The notes beneath the pieces were generated by a model. The model was not told the DNA's origin. It was given only the letters and a program-made list of their open reading frames with translations, and did no database searches. Position numbers and translations under genes: made by a program. A stretch of DNA of 64,000 nucleotides, taken from the human T2T-CHM13v2.0 reference genome, Homo sapiens. The stretch lies in assembly GCF_009914755.1 (NCBI RefSeq), contig NC_060927.1, one strand, 5' to 3'. This document shows, piece by piece, positions 1-14,472 of the stretch (positions are counted from its first letter, which is position 1; each line of letters opens with the position of its first letter).

Positions 1-35
1 CCCAATTCTGAGAATGTATGTATCCTATGAAAATT

Positions 36-520
36 CAGTTGATCTCATGATTTGTGAATTTGCCTGTTCACTAAAATTTATTTATAACTCCAAGATCATT
101 ACTCAGAGCATTTTCACAGTCATTCGTGAACACGTAGAGCATCAAAAGCTTTGAGGATACATATTCCCAGCTGAAATTGAACAAGGTAATGTGTTGCCTT
201 CTTGCTTCACCTCTTATACTGCAAACAAGTACCCTTTTCATGGTCTATTTAGTGCCACATTTTTCACATTTTTGTGCTTTTCGTTGGTCATTTCACTGTT
301 AAAAATGGTCCTAAAGCATAGTGCTGAAGTGATGTCAACCTACATCACTGTACCTGTGATAAGGTACACCATAGTTCAAGAAGGCTGTGATGTACCTTAC
401 AGAGAAGATATTGTTAGATAAACTTCATTCAGGCATGAGTTATAGTGGTGTTAGCCCTGAATTTACTGTTCATGAATCAACACTATATATTACAGAATAT
501 GTCTTTAAACGGGAACACAC
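36..520 (+). mobile_element. MER82-like TcMar-Tigger DNA transposon relic
   Basis: Matches recalled consensus blocks CAGTTGATC..., TTCCCAGCTGA..GAACAAGG, GGTCTATTTAGTGCCAC, CAGGCATGAGTTATAGTG. Confidence 0.7.
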
Positions 521-521
521 G

Positions 522-872
522 TGAGCTGAATGTCTGTGTCCCCCTCAAATTCATATGTTGAAGCCCTAACTCCCAAAGTGATGGGGTTTGGAGATGGGGC
601 CTTTGGGAGGTAATTAGGTCAGAGAAGGTCATGAGAGTGGGGCCCTCATGATAGGATTAGTACCTTTGGAAGAAGAGACACCCCAGAGCTTGCTCTCTCT
701 GTCATGTGAGGACACTGCAAGAAGGCAACAAGCCAGGAAGACAACCCTCACCGCAACCTGACCCTGCTGGCACCTTCATCTCAGACTTGTAGCCTCCAGA
801 ACTGTGAAAAATAAATTCTTGTGCTTAAACCACCCAGCCCATGGGATTTTGTTAAGACAGCCTGAGCAGACA
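522..872 (+). mobile_element. MLT1A/MLT1A0-type MaLR solo LTR
   Basis: CTGAATGTCTGTGTCCCCCTCAAATTCATATGTTGAAGCCCTAA...GCCTCCAGAACTGTGAAAAATAAATT. Confidence 0.8.
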
Positions 873-1112
873 TAGGCATTTGGAATTCATCTATGAGGCA
901 AACAGAAAAGGTACTTACCCTTGCAGAGCTTACATTCTAGCAGTACAAGGATTACTGCAGTGGCCACCAATAGGAGACTGATAGCTTGTAGCCCCAGCAA
1001 TCCATCTCCTAGGTGCATTTCAAGAGAAATAAAGGTGTATGTCCAAAGAAAAAAAAAAAAGACATATACAAAATAGTTGTTAGTGGCTTTATTCATAAAA
1101 AGTGGCTAGTCA

Positions 1113-1262
1113 ACTAAGCACAGTGGTTTGTGGACCTGTAATCCCAGCTACTTGGGAGGCTGAGGCAGGCCGATTGCTTAAGCCCATGAGCTCAAGACCA
1201 GCCTGGATGATACAGAGAGACTATGTTAAAAAACAAAAAACAAAAAAACAAAAAAAACAAAG
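1113..1262 (+). mobile_element. FLAM (Alu left monomer)
   Basis: Single Alu monomer with A-rich tail; GCTAGTCAA on both flanks. Confidence 0.75.
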
Positions 1263-1380
1263 CAGCTAGTCAAATTACTTGTATATACTAGGGAACAGTC
1301 TACAGATGCTGAAAATGTTATGGATGCATATTTATTGACATAGAGCAAATCCAGGACTAATTGTGCTGTCTAAAAGTAAT

Positions 1381-2758
1381 TATTTTTTATTGATGCATAA
1401 TAATTATACATATTTATGGAGTACATGTGATATTTTGGTACATGTATACAATGTGTAATGATCAAGTCAAGGGCATCAGGATATCCATCACCTCAAACAT
1501 TTATCATTTCTTTGTGTTAGGAATATTTCAGATCTTCTCTCCTAGCTATTTTGAAATATACAATAAATTATTGTTAACTATAGTCACCCTCTGTGCTAGC
1601 TAACACTAAAGCTTATTCCTTGTATCTAATTGTGTGCTTGTTCTCATTAATAAACCTTTCTCCTCCCTCTCCCCGTGAAACACCCTTCCCAGCCTTGGCT
1701 GACTGTCCTTCTATTCTCTACCTCCATGAGACCAACTTTTAAGCTCCCACATATGAATGAGGACATGTAATATTTATCCTTCTGTGCCTGGCTTATTTCA
1801 CTTAACATAATGATCTTCAGTTACATCCATGTTGCTGCAAATGACAGAATTTCACATTTTAATGGCTGAATAGTATTCCATTGTGTATATATATCACATT
1901 TTTAAATTCATTCATCTGTTAATGAACACTTAGGTTGATTTTATATCTTGACTATTGTGGGATAGCACTGTAATAAACACGGGGATGCATTATTCCTTTG
2001 ATATACTGATTTTTCTTTCCTTTGAATAAATACCAAGTAGTAAGATTGCATGGATTACTATCATGTAGTAGTTCTATTTTTAGTTTTTTGAAGAATCTCT
2101 ATACCGCTTTCTATAACGGTTGTACTAATTTACATTTCCATCAGCAATGTGTATGAATTCCCTTTTCTATGCATCCTCACCAGCATTTATTTTTTGTCTT
2201 GTTGATGGCCATTTTAACTGGGGTAAGATGGCATTTCATTGTGGTTTTGTTTTCCCTGATAATTAGTGATATTCAGTATTACAAAAATATACTTGTTGGC
2301 CATTTGTTTATCTTCCTTTGAGAATGTCTGTTCAGATCCTTTTCCCACTTTTTAATGGGATTATTTGTTTTTTGGTTTTTGAGGGGTTTTTGTTGTTGTT
2401 GTTGAGTTCCTTATATATTCATCTTGTCAGATGAATAGTTTGCAAATTTTTTTCCCATTTTACATCTCTTCACTGTTTTTTCCTTTGCTCTTCAGAGCTT
2501 TTTAGTTTTATGTAGAACCATTTGCTTTCTTTTGCTTTTGTTGCCTTTGCTTTTGAAGTCTTAGCCATAAAATCTTTGCCCAGACCAATGTCCTGAAGTA
2601 TTTTCCCTGTTTTCTTCTAGCAGTTTTATAGTTTTGGGTCTTACATTTAAGTCTTTAATCAATTTTGAGTGGATTTTTGTATATGGTGGGAGATGGGTGT
2701 CTAGTTTTATTCTGCATATGAATATCCAGTTTTCCAGCACCATCTATTGAAGAGCGTG
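1381..2758 (-). mobile_element. 5'-truncated L1MA-type LINE (L1MA4/5-like 3' end)
   Basis: L1MA 3'UTR motifs; ORF 2561..2743 resembles the L1 ORF2 C-terminus ([32 protein letters not shown]); CCAGGACTAATT at 1351 and 2759. Confidence 0.85.
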
Positions 2759-3687
2759 CCAGGACTAATTAATTATTGACTGAAAGATAACCAGTTGCAG
2801 AACAGCATGTACATTAGGCCTCAAGTTTGTGAAAATGTGTAGCTATATTGCACGTATATTTATGTGTGTGTGTGTGTATATATATATATTTGTATAGAAC
2901 TATTTGGAAGATGTTAATAAGGTTTTTCTCTTGGTAGTTGGATTTCAGAGAATTTGTACATTTTAAATATTACTATTCTGTGCTTTTTTTTTCAATTATT
3001 TTCTTTTTTAACCCTGTATATGAGAATACAAAAATAGTCCCATTTACCACCACAAATCTGTAGTGGCCATGCTTTCAAGGATTTACCAGCCAGTCTTTTC
3101 CAAGAATCTCCTGCCTCAGAAATTTCCAGGCTCCCCCGGGGATCACACATCTGTCTTTCAAGGAGTCCTTATTTTACTGCTATGTTGCTTCATATTATAG
3201 AGCAAGAAGCCTCACACATGTCCAGGAACCGTCTGCAAATGTCACTTCTCACCTGCCCTGTACCCACTCCCTCCCCACAACCCCCAGAAAGTGACACTCT
3301 CATTAAGCTGTGTGCACAGGCTGACCTCAGTTTCTTCAACAGCCACCACCCTAGGGAGCAAAACTAGGCATCAGTTACTGCCACTTCCCTGTGCCCCATC
3401 CCCATCCTCTACCAAGGGGGCAGCTCAGCTCCCGGGTGTTCTTTAATGTTGGAAAGTAGATATGAGGGAGATTATGTTCCCTGGCCCCCCAGCCAGCAAA
3501 TCCAAGCTTCAAATCAAACAGCTATGTCTATGTTGAGAGAGGGTCGATGCCTTACTCTGCTTTGCAGAAGCAGGTGAAAATGGCCTCTGATACATTGGTG
3601 ATAATTGAGGGGGTGTGAACAGGGGATTGGTCCCAGAACAGTTTGTGATAATATTTTTAGCTGTCGTGTTAAAAACTCATTCATTCA

Positions 3688-3689
<2 letters not shown>

Positions 3690-3722
<33 letters not shown>
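3690..3722. repeat. (TG)16 microsatellite
   Basis: Read directly. Confidence 0.95.
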
Positions 3723-3724
<2 letters not shown>

Positions 3725-4185
3725 GTGTGTTTAGTGCTACTCAACCACTTTTCCAATCATGAATGGGGGATTTTTTGCAAAAGGCAGGGCCATGGCTCAC
3801 CCTGTAAATTTATTATGAAAACTATCTGGTAAGTAGATAGACAGAAATACTTATATTTATTTGTGTTGTCTTATCCTTAAAATGTCTGCTTAGCTATGTA
3901 GTTAAGATAGGCAGGTCAGCCTTTTAGCTAAGATCCATATTCTGAAACATATTTGCACTATTTGTGAAGCAAAGGTAGGGGCTTTGAGGGAGCATGCTGC
4001 ACCTCCCATTGCCTTGGAGGCATCAAGATTTACAATTGTAAGGCCATTTCACTCTTCTTGCTTGCCTCAGGCAAATGCAGGTGACTGATGGGGCTAAAGA
4101 GAAATGCATTTGCCTGAGAGTCTTCACTTTTGAAGCAATCACCCAGGTCCTCGGTCCTAACACCAAATTTCTGGGGATTCTTGAG

Positions 4186-4379
4186 CACTGGTTCTTAAAC
4201 TTGGCTCCGTGTTGTAATCACTCAGGGTATTTTTTTCTTTTGTTTTGTTTTTAAATATTGAGGACTGTGTTCCTCTTCCAGAAAAAATCTGATAAACTGG
4301 TCTGGGGTGCACCCTAGTCACCTGGAGTTTTCTAACTCTCCAGTTGACTACAATAGGCAGCAAAGTTTAAGACTCATTG
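4186..4379. mobile_element. MER5-family hAT-Charlie MITE
   Basis: CACTGGTTCTTAAACTTGGC...TGGTCTGGGGTG...TTTAAGACTCATTG, resembling MER5 termini and core. Confidence 0.6.
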
Positions 4380-4385
4380 TCTTGC

Positions 4386-4542
4386 AGATGGGAGTGATAA
4401 CATGTGCCTGTAGTCCCAGCTACTTGGGAGGCTGAGGTGGAAGGATCACTTGAGCCCAGGAGTTCAAGGCTATAGTGAGCTGTGATTGCATCACTATACT
4501 CCAAGCTGGGGCAAGAGTGAGATTCTGCCTCTGAAAAAAAAA
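4386..4542 (+). mobile_element. FRAM/FAM Alu monomer
   Basis: Alu right-arm sequence with short A tail. Confidence 0.8.
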
Positions 4543-5110
4543 TTTGCATTACTCTTTTAGAGGGCGCATTGTGGGAGTGGATTGTATTTGGGGGATACAT
4601 TGGTTTCTCAGAGTTGCCTTTGACTCAACCAAATTAGAAATTTATCTTAAAAAATCCCTATTCAGAGAGACTATAGAAATTAAGAGGATAGCTTCTTATA
4701 ACCGTGTTGTTCATAACACAGAGGCAGAGAGACCAACAGAGCATAGGGAAAGCCTGCAGCAAAAAAGTGGTAGCTAGGTTGCCCCTCACCTCCTACCAGG
4801 TAATCTTAGTGGTACACCTGACAGGGAACAAAGCCAGTGTCACATTCAGGATATCCAAGGCAAAAATGTTCCATGGTACTGTGGAGCTCATTGATAACTT
4901 GTACAAAATGGCAGTTGGCTCCAATTATGGTAGAAAACTAATCAGAAAGAATGCCCTCCAAAATAGTTCTCTATGCCTCATGCATTGTTGTAAATACAAT
5001 CTTCTATTTCTCACAACTGATGCTTCTTATTCCAGTGGGGCTGCATTTAGCCTCAAGATGCTGGGTGGAATACAGGCCAAGAAGCACGCTGTGTAGAAAA
5101 GGAAGATCTT

Positions 5111-5418
<308 letters not shown>

Positions 5419-6547
5419 CTGGAAGACCTTGCTTTCATCCCATTGGTCAAGAGTCTCCCCACACTACCTCTGCAGCTCTGCCTTCCAGGCAACCAAGGGA
5501 TTCTAAAGACAATACCTGTAGTTTCTAATTAGCAGACACCACCTTATATCTGAACTTATATTTGACCCATGTCAAAGACTCACATACAGATTTCTAATTG
5601 CTGTCATCATTCTAAGGCAGGGAGTCATTTTGTTCCCTTTTCCAAAGCAGTTTCCCAAGGGCCAGGAAGGCCAGGCTTTGACTTTCTCCCCAACAGCTGA
5701 CCCATCCCTCATCAATTCCAACGGATGCAACAAAATTAGCTTTGCTATAACTTAATCTCATTTCAAGCACCCCGCCCACCACATCCTTAGTAACGTACAA
5801 CAGTAACATCAGCAATCATGTACAAAGGTTTTCCCAAGCTGGTAGTCTTATGCTAGACACCGTCATAAACACGGAGGCTTCATGTGGGCTTAAATGCAGT
5901 TCAAGGGTTATGACCAAGAGAAAAACAAACTTCAAGTCCATCTTCTTTGGAATCAGATGTTACAGTGGAAACAAGGTGCTAGTTAATGGCATTTGGCTCC
6001 AAGCAGAAATCCTTGAATATACTCATCCTGGCTACTGGTGCTTTATCTCCTTTTACCTTTTCCTCCCACATTTTCCTTGATGGGACATTAGGAATCAGCA
6101 AGTACTTGAAGTTCCCAAGTTTTACCCTTAGAACATCCTCTTAGGCATGGTTCACTTTGCCTGTAAGTCTCTCTCTGGAGATCATTTGTTTTAGGCAGAA
6201 CTTTTCCTCACAATTCATAGGCAAACTCCACTTGACCCGGTAAGATCGCAGGGGAATCAATTTAGAAGAACAATAAATAATGTTCAAATGTCATGCAATA
6301 TTTCCCCTATTCCCATAACTGCCTCGTGTTTTTAAAACCTCTCTTGACACCTTCTGTTAAACAGCTTCAGAGAATAAGGCCCTTGGCCATATGTTATTAT
6401 TTGACAAAGGAATAAGAGTCTTCATTTCTGGCCTAATTCCCTTTTCCTTGACTTGTCTGCTGATTTCTGGCAGAAATGGGGAAGAGGCTTCTTTCTGGGG
6501 AGGACATCAAGGCTGGCTGTTAGTAACCGGATTTAAAAGGTGAAAGG

Positions 6548-6829
6548 GGCCAGGTGCAGTGGCTCACGCCTGTAATCCCAACACTTTGGGAGGCTAAGGC
6601 GAGCAGATGACTTGAACTCAGGAGTTTGAGACCAGCCTGGCCAACGTGGTGAAACCCCATTTCTACTAAAAATACAAAAATTAGCCAGGCGTGGTGGTGT
6701 GCGCCTGTAGTCCCAGCTACTCGGGAGGCTGAGGCAGGAGAATCACTTGAACCCAGGAGGCGTAGGATGCAGTCAGCTGAGACCATGCCACTCTACTCCA
6801 GGCTAGGTGACAGAGTGAGAACCTGTCTC

Positions 6830-6857
<28 letters not shown>
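6548..6857 (+). mobile_element. AluS
   Basis: Full dimer with long poly(A). Confidence 0.92.
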
Positions 6858-6860
<3 letters not shown>

Positions 6861-7112
6861 TGGAAAGATCCAATCCATAAAGGACAGGAGCTATTTCCAG
6901 AAAGTGAGACAAGAAGGAGTCTAGGGAGGAGGGGACACAGGATCGTACAGGCCCTCTCTGCTTTAACCAGTTAGTGAAACACTGAGCAGCTGAGGATAAG
7001 AAAAGGACAGTACTAATCCTGCTTACCCACCCTCATTCCAGCCTAGGAATTTATTTTTCTTTTCATAGTAGGCCAATACATACAATACAAAGGTAGGTAT
7101 CCTACCTGAGTG

Positions 7113-7164
7113 AGTCAGAAGAAACTGGATTTCAAGGCAGTCAGAAGAAACTGGATTTCAAGGC
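7113..7164. repeat. Perfect 26-bp tandem duplication
   Basis: AGTCAGAAGAAACTGGATTTCAAGGC x2. Confidence 0.95.
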
Positions 7165-8339
7165 CTTTCAAGAGCCAAGTTCAAGGTTAAAGACTTAATT
7201 CTCCAGAATCCAAGTGTGTGTAGGAGACCCTAATCCATCAAAAATATTGGGGGCCACACAGGAGGCAGGGTTAGCTTTCTAACTTTTCCCACAAGACAAC
7301 TTCAAGCACAAATACAACATTCCTTGCTTTATCACTTAGCACCGTGCTGCCTGGCCAACATGTCACATGTCAGATTTCCTTGGTTCTAAAAGATGATCAT
7401 GATTTCCAGTTTCCATCCCCTCCTGAGAGGAGGAGGAGAATAGCTGAGTTCAGGTTATTCACATAAACATTGAACAGCTGTGCTGTGCTAGGTATAATTC
7501 ATCCCACCATATTCATTAAGACTTAGCCAATGACCTCAGGGGTGCCAACCAACTTGAAACGTCACTGGAAGCTCAGAACTCTCATTTGGGTTCTTAGGGT
7601 CAACTCATAAAACACAAAACCATAAAAAGTTAGGGCTGGGGCCATCGTCAAGGACATCCAGCCTGCTTTCCTACTAGACTGATGAATAAACAGGCCTAAA
7701 GCAATGATGTGAATGGGTGAGCCAGTTTCACAAAGCTGTTGGCATTGCCAGGACATGAATCACGATTTCCTGACTTCTGGACCAGAGGGGTCTACTGCTC
7801 TTTGGTTTTCTTCACAGAACATCTAGATTGGCATTAATGACCAGGGTACCTCTTTGCGGTTATGCTGTTCTTGCCCCTCTGAAATGCTCCCTTGCTGTTT
7901 TTCTTCATCTCCCTACCTCCTATCATCCTTCAGGATTTAGTTCAAGTGTCATCTCCTTAAGTCTTCTCTGGCTCCTAGTATGAGATAGGGGACTCTGTGC
8001 TCGCTACATTCATGGTATTCACAGCATTGCTCCAGAACCCCCAACTAACCTGTAAAGTCTTGGAGAGCAGAGATTATGACCCTGTTGAATTTATACAAAA
8101 ACCATGCCCAACACAATGCCTGCCATGTTGCACATTCCTTTTTGATGAATTACAGTATGAACAACGTTATTATCAGTGCATTACACTGATGATGTGTAAT
8201 GTGAGTTAGGTATATGGTGATGCTAAGCTCTACTTTGTGGACCCTCCAGAATCTTGTGGTCTACATAGATGGCAATAACAATAAATTATTTTAAAAACAA
8301 AGAAAAAACATACAAATATGTTAAGTGAGGTCCTTGTAT

Positions 8340-8475
8340 TGTGAAAGCTCATTTTCTCCTTTTCCAGATGAGGAAAGGGAAGGGGAAGCCTTGAGTGAGC
8401 CAGGGTCATATTATAGCTTAGTGGCAAAAACTGGATTTCAAGTTTCTTATCAGGGATCCATGCTCTTTCACTAAA
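8340..8475 (-). mobile_element. MIR fragment
   Basis: Degenerate core TTTCCAGATGAGGAAA. Confidence 0.5.
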
Positions 8476-8507
8476 TTTGCTGCCTCATCATCACTTAGAA
8501 AAGAAAG

Positions 8508-8789
8508 TTTTTTGTTTTTTTGAGATGGAGTCTCGCTCTGTCACCCAGGCAGGAGTGCAGTGGCGTGATCTCGGCTCACTGCAAAATTCGACTCCCGGGT
8601 TCAAGCAGTTCTCTGCCTCAGCCTCCTGAGTAGCTGGGATTCCAGACACTCACCACCATGCCTGGCTAATTTTTGTGTTTTTAGTAGAGATGGGGTTTCA
8701 CCATCTTGGCCACGCTGGTCCTGAACTCCTGACCTCATGATCCACCCACCTTGGTCTCCCAAAGTGCTAGGATTATAGGCGTGAGCCAC
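8508..8789 (-). mobile_element. AluS (Sc/Sg-like)
   Basis: Alu dimer with CCTCATGATCC 2-nt deletion. Confidence 0.9.
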
Positions 8790-10226
8790 AAGAAAGGTTT
8801 TTTTTTGTTTTTTGTTTTCTTTTTTTAAATCAGTAGAGTCTTATCTTCTGTCCTTTAGAAAGGGGCAGAGAAGAATATGGGTTTTACTGATCCTGTACCC
8901 AATGTCTTATGGTCTCAGCAGCCAGAGTTAAAGTACAACCAAGCAGCAAAGAGTTCTTAGGCACTTATCACTGAAATCATCAGCTTTGGAGGCAGAAATG
9001 GGCCCAAAGACTGCATGGACGTGAAACTCATGAGTCATGCTGTACCCATTAGAGCTATGTTAGGTGATGGGTAGAAAGAAGGGATGTCTTCCCTCCCTGG
9101 ATGGGACTGGGAGAAACTGTTGGCCTCTCCAGTCCTCTTCCTCTGCATTGACAAACTCTGTCAGGTAACTGGAAAGAAATGTCTGGATTAGGACTAAAGT
9201 ACTGTGTGAGTACAAATGATTGTTATTAGTAATAAGTATAAATTGCAATTTGTTAGTTACATAGTAGTTAATATTAATAGTTATTAGTATTTATTACTGG
9301 AATCTACATCAGACATAGGTGAAGGTGGAGAATAAGGTTTGGAAAGAGCAGTGCTCACTACTAATCTCTGAGGATGGATGGACATCTATTTTTTTTGTCA
9401 ATTCTGCATCCTGCAGACCTGAACCTGGAAGGCCACTAAATGCCACAGCCCCCTGCTGGCCACACGCTGCAGTGACACCTCAGAACTTCCTGGAACAAAG
9501 GCCCACCCATTCCATAATTCCAGAGGTAGACTCAGAATCACAGAGGTGGGAAGAGCCTTAGAGACCATACAATGGAGAAAGAGTAACTTAGTAAATCTCC
9601 CATCGCTTATTACAGGCAGAGCCTGAAATAGACACAGCCAGGTGTTCCTGGGGCCCTCTGAAACCAAATGCACAAATACTGATTGAAAGTCCACTGCATG
9701 TACCTGCACGTACACTGTTGGGTGATTTCTTTGAGATCAAGATGGCTGTAATAAACAGCTTAAAGGCTTAGAATTTGTCTTTAAAAATTATCATATCCTA
9801 ACACCCTACTTCCTTTTGTTATTTTTTTCAAAATGTCTTATTTTTTTGCCAAGCAAAATATAATAGAAACCTAACTCTAGTGGTAATAACTTGCATAGCA
9901 ATATCAGCCACATGAGTACATGTGGGAGCTGGGAAGTGAGTAAAAAAAGTTTTAGGCATTATGTTCAAATACAAGAAACTGTATTTAATTTTCACTCAGG
10001 GTTTAAGTATGAAAAACTTCACTATATGATTTTCTGATTTCCAACAGGTCAGAAGAAGGGGAATTAATAGCAAATAAAATGTCTGAACAATTAGCATTAG
10101 GCATACTGTCACAGGAAAAGGAGGAATAATGACAAAAATCCTCTTTAAAAAATCAACTCAATAACTAGAATGCAGCAATGCTGGGTTATGAAATGCCCAA
10201 GATACCTCCGAGAGGTAACCCTTGAG

Positions 10227-10916
10227 CAGGGCTGGACTCAGGTTTTGTGGCTTATATAACTTAATAGATCTTTTTAAAGAAAAAGAATACAGGCCAGGTG
10301 CGGTGGCATATGCCTGTAATCCTAGCATTTTGGCAGGCCGAGGCTGGTGGATTACCTGAGGTCAGGAGTTCGAGACCAGCCTGGCCAACATGGTGAAACC
10401 CCATCTTTACTAAAAATACAATATTAACGGGGCATGGTGGCGCATGCCTGTAGTCCCAGCTACTCAGGAGGCTGAGGCAGAAGAATTGCTTAGGACCCGG
10501 GAGGCAGAGGTTGCAGTGAGCCGAGACCATGCCACTGCACCCCAGCCTGGGCAGCAGAGCAAGACTCTGTCTCAAAAACAAAAACAAACAAACAAACAAA
10601 CAAACAAAACACCAAACCAAAACAAAAAACAAATATATAAATAAAAATTAGGTACAAAAGTGAATATTTATTTATAATGGGAAAATATACACACACCAAA
10701 TTCCTGGAACTCTGGAGAGTTAGGTCTCTTTCTTCTGCAATCTCTCTGCAATTTACCAGAAACATGTACATGGAAAAAATTCCGTAATGCAGCCTTGTTT
10801 CCCCTTGCCACTTAGAACATGCTACACTTTCCTCCTAGAGCCTGCCCTTATGGCGCTGTGCAGACGAGGAGTCACGGTGCTTAAGCTTCATTAGCTTCTC
10901 TGTAAAACTGCCTCTA
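10227..10916 (+). mobile_element. Arthur1/MER69-type hAT-Tip100 element interrupted by an Alu
   Basis: CAGGGCTGGACTCAGGTTTTGTGG...AATTAGGTACAAAAGTGAATATTTATTTA...TTAAGCTTCATTAGCTTC...CTGCCTCT. Confidence 0.65.
10292..10633 (+). mobile_element. AluS with (AAAC)n tail
   Basis: Full dimer. Confidence 0.92.
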
Positions 10917-11186
10917 CCCAGGGGGACATCAGTCGCCTGCTCCTCAAATGAATGTCTCAAACCCCACGAAAGAGGTAAAATCATATGCACAATATCTCGT
11001 TGAGGAAAGCTGGGACATTCCCCACTGCCACACCTGCCTTTTTTTTTTTTCTAATTTAAAAAATTCTTCCAACCTGCTGTAAACACTAAGGGAATTTCCC
11101 TTTAAAAATATTCCCATAATGTTTCCCTCAAAAGATGCAGAAATTTTTTCCCTTAAAATTTTTTTGTCTTAAAAATTATCATACAG

Positions 11187-11478
<292 letters not shown>

Positions 11479-11845
11479 TTATCATAAGTAAAATTGATTA
11501 GGGGTGGTATACAGTTCTGAGAATTTTCACACTGGTATATGTTTGTGTAAACACCACCATCATCAGCATATAAGTTAGATATATCACTTGCAAGACATTT
11601 TTCATGCAAAAATGTACAAATTTTAAAATAATATTAAAAGCGGTAATTTTTGTTAGCTGTGACATTCATTATTATGGAATACTTCGTTCCCCCAAACGAT
11701 GTTCCACAGAGGAGCTACTCTAACAGGAATCCACTAGACGAAGTGCAGGTGCACTTCAGGAACCACTGTGTAGATGATATTCTAGACTTTTTTCCCCACT
11801 TGGTCAAAGTTCAGCCTCTCCTTTTTAACTTAGCCTTTCTCAGTT

Positions 11846-11905
11846 CTGTGTGTGTGTGTGTATGTGTGTGTGTGTGTGTGTGTAAGACAGAGAGAGAGAG
11901 AGAGA
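11846..11905. repeat. Compound (TG)n(GA)n microsatellite
   Basis: Read directly. Confidence 0.9.
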
Positions 11906-12272
11906 GATATGCTTTGGGTATGTCCCCACCCAAATCTCATCTTGAATTGTAGTTCCCATCATCCTGATGTGTCCTTGGAGCAACCCGGTGGGAGGTAATT
12001 GAATCACTGGGGTGGTGACCCTCATGCCGTTCTGTGATAGTGATTTCTTATGAGATCTGATGGTTTTTAAGGGACTTTCCCCTTCCTTCACTCATACTTC
12101 TCCTTGCTGCCACCGTGTGAAAAAGGATGTGTTTTCTTCCCCTCCACCATGACTGTAAGTTTCCTGAGGCCTCTCCAGCCATACTGAACTGTGAGTCAAT
12201 TAAACCTCTTTCCTTTATAAAGTACCCAGTCTCTGGCAGTTCTTTATAGCAGTGTGGGAACAGACTAACATA
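11906..12272 (+). mobile_element. THE1 (THE1C/D-like) solo LTR
   Basis: GATATG..TGTCCCCACCCAAATCTCATCTTGAATTGTAG...GAGTCAATTAAACCTCTTTCCTTTATAAA. Confidence 0.88.
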
Positions 12273-12747
12273 GTGTGTGTGTTTTGTATGTTTGATTTAT
12301 AACTTTCTTCTGAAGATGGTATCTTAAAAAATTCTGTGTTCTCCAAGAAAATCAAACCAGGAACTCCAAGTCTGGCCACAGAAAGAGAATGTCCAGATGA
12401 GAACATCTGTAGACAGCCAACCAACCTTGACTGTGCCTTCCTTTGCCAGGTCACCTTTGGTGTTGTCTCACTTGAACACTGCCTTACTGTCACCACAGTG
12501 GCCTCAAGGCACTCTGATCCCTCTGTGTCATTTGGACCCAACTGTAAAAATCCAATTCTCATGGACTTCCTAATTATGCTAAAAAGGGTATAGTTAATAT
12601 CAAAGAAAACCAAATAGGAAAAATATGTAAGTAAAAAAAAAAAAAAAAAGCAGAAACTATACAGTTTCTGCTCCAACAGCTTGTGGGTTTCATCCCCTAG
12701 GTTAGGTTGCTGCACCCCAAATCCAAAGAATCCTGCCTATACCAATG

Positions 12748-13011
12748 CAGCAACAATATAGTAGGGAGTTAGGAATTTGGGTTCTGAAGGGAAATTACTC
12801 ACATTCAAATCCCTACTCTACTGCTTACTCACTGTGTATCCCTGGAAATGTTACTTAACCTCTCTTTGCCTCAGCTTTTTCATCTGTAAAAAGGGATATT
12901 AATAGGATCTATTTCAGATGTTGTTGTAAGGAATATGTAAGCTAATACCTGACAACCATTTAAGATGAAGCCTCACACATGGTTAGTATGTGATAGATGG
13001 TAGCTATTATT
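12748..13011 (+). mobile_element. MIR, near full length
   Basis: GTTACTTAACCTCTCTTTGCCTCAGCTTTTTCATCTGTAAAA core. Confidence 0.8.
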
Positions 13012-13447
13012 TTTACCTGGGGACACTGATCTCAGTTGAAGTTCTAAAGGATGTTTGTGTTCCTCAAGTAACTACAATAGAGATAATCTTATTCTCTAAG
13101 TGAGACTCCTCCACCCCTGCCGACTCCATCACATCTATTACAGGAGGTGGGCTTCTCCCCAGCATAACTCCTATCAACACATTCTGATAATAATACTGTA
13201 GCCACAAAGCAGCTGTAACATCGAAATTAGATTTAGAGAAGCCGTACCAAGACAACTGTTCTCCCTTAGATTTCTATGTCTCTTGTCCTTTTTTGATAGG
13301 GATTTGCACAATTGCTCCTAATCGGCACCATTCATCTATTATAGCAAGTTCCTTTTGAACTTCACCACAGAGCATGTTTCCCATCTCTTAGACTGAAAAG
13401 AACATGGAAATTTTTTCTGGCCAATGTTATCTAGCCAGAGCTGTCTA

Positions 13448-13906
<459 letters not shown>

Positions 13907-14472
13907 TCATATGTCCTTTCCTTAAAACAAGAAGGTCTGACATCTGCAAAAGAGAGTCCTACCAATAAATATATAAATAAAAAGAATTCTGTTGTTTTTT
14001 TCTGGTGCCATAAACCCTTCATGGACACTGGAAACAATTTTTGACAATGTACTAATTTCACAGGAATGAGATTATGGAGGATGTGTGATTTTCCCTCCAT
14101 TTTCCCAGAATTGCGACTCAAGGGTCATCTCTAAGAACAAAACCAATGGCAGCCCAGAATCTGCCTCCTAGGATCTGCAGAGGCTGGGCCCAGCTGCCTC
14201 ACCACAGGGCTTCATGAGAAGGGCCGGGCTCGTCAAAGGGCCAGCAAAATGTTCTCCACCCTCCCACACACCCTAGTCCACACGAGAGGGGCCTGAGGAG
14301 AGGCACCTTTGGAGGAGGGGACATGATGCATTTGTGAAGTTATTTTGCCTCCTCTTTTCACAACTCAAAACCCAAGTGTGGGAGGGCATCAGAGAATCAC
14401 CCTGATGTTTGGGGCCCACTGACATCGTGTTCTCTTCATAGCCACCAGGCACTCAGGCCTGCTGGTGTGCTG

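Noticed and set aside
4551-4568. CTCF-like TTTTAGAGGGCGC
   Set aside because: Only the 3' half of the core matches; it lacks the CC at the motif 5' end.
12215-12715. Longest non-L1 ORF (166 aa, minus strand)
   Set aside because: It runs through a T tract and into a THE1 LTR, and I recognise no protein similarity or exon structure.
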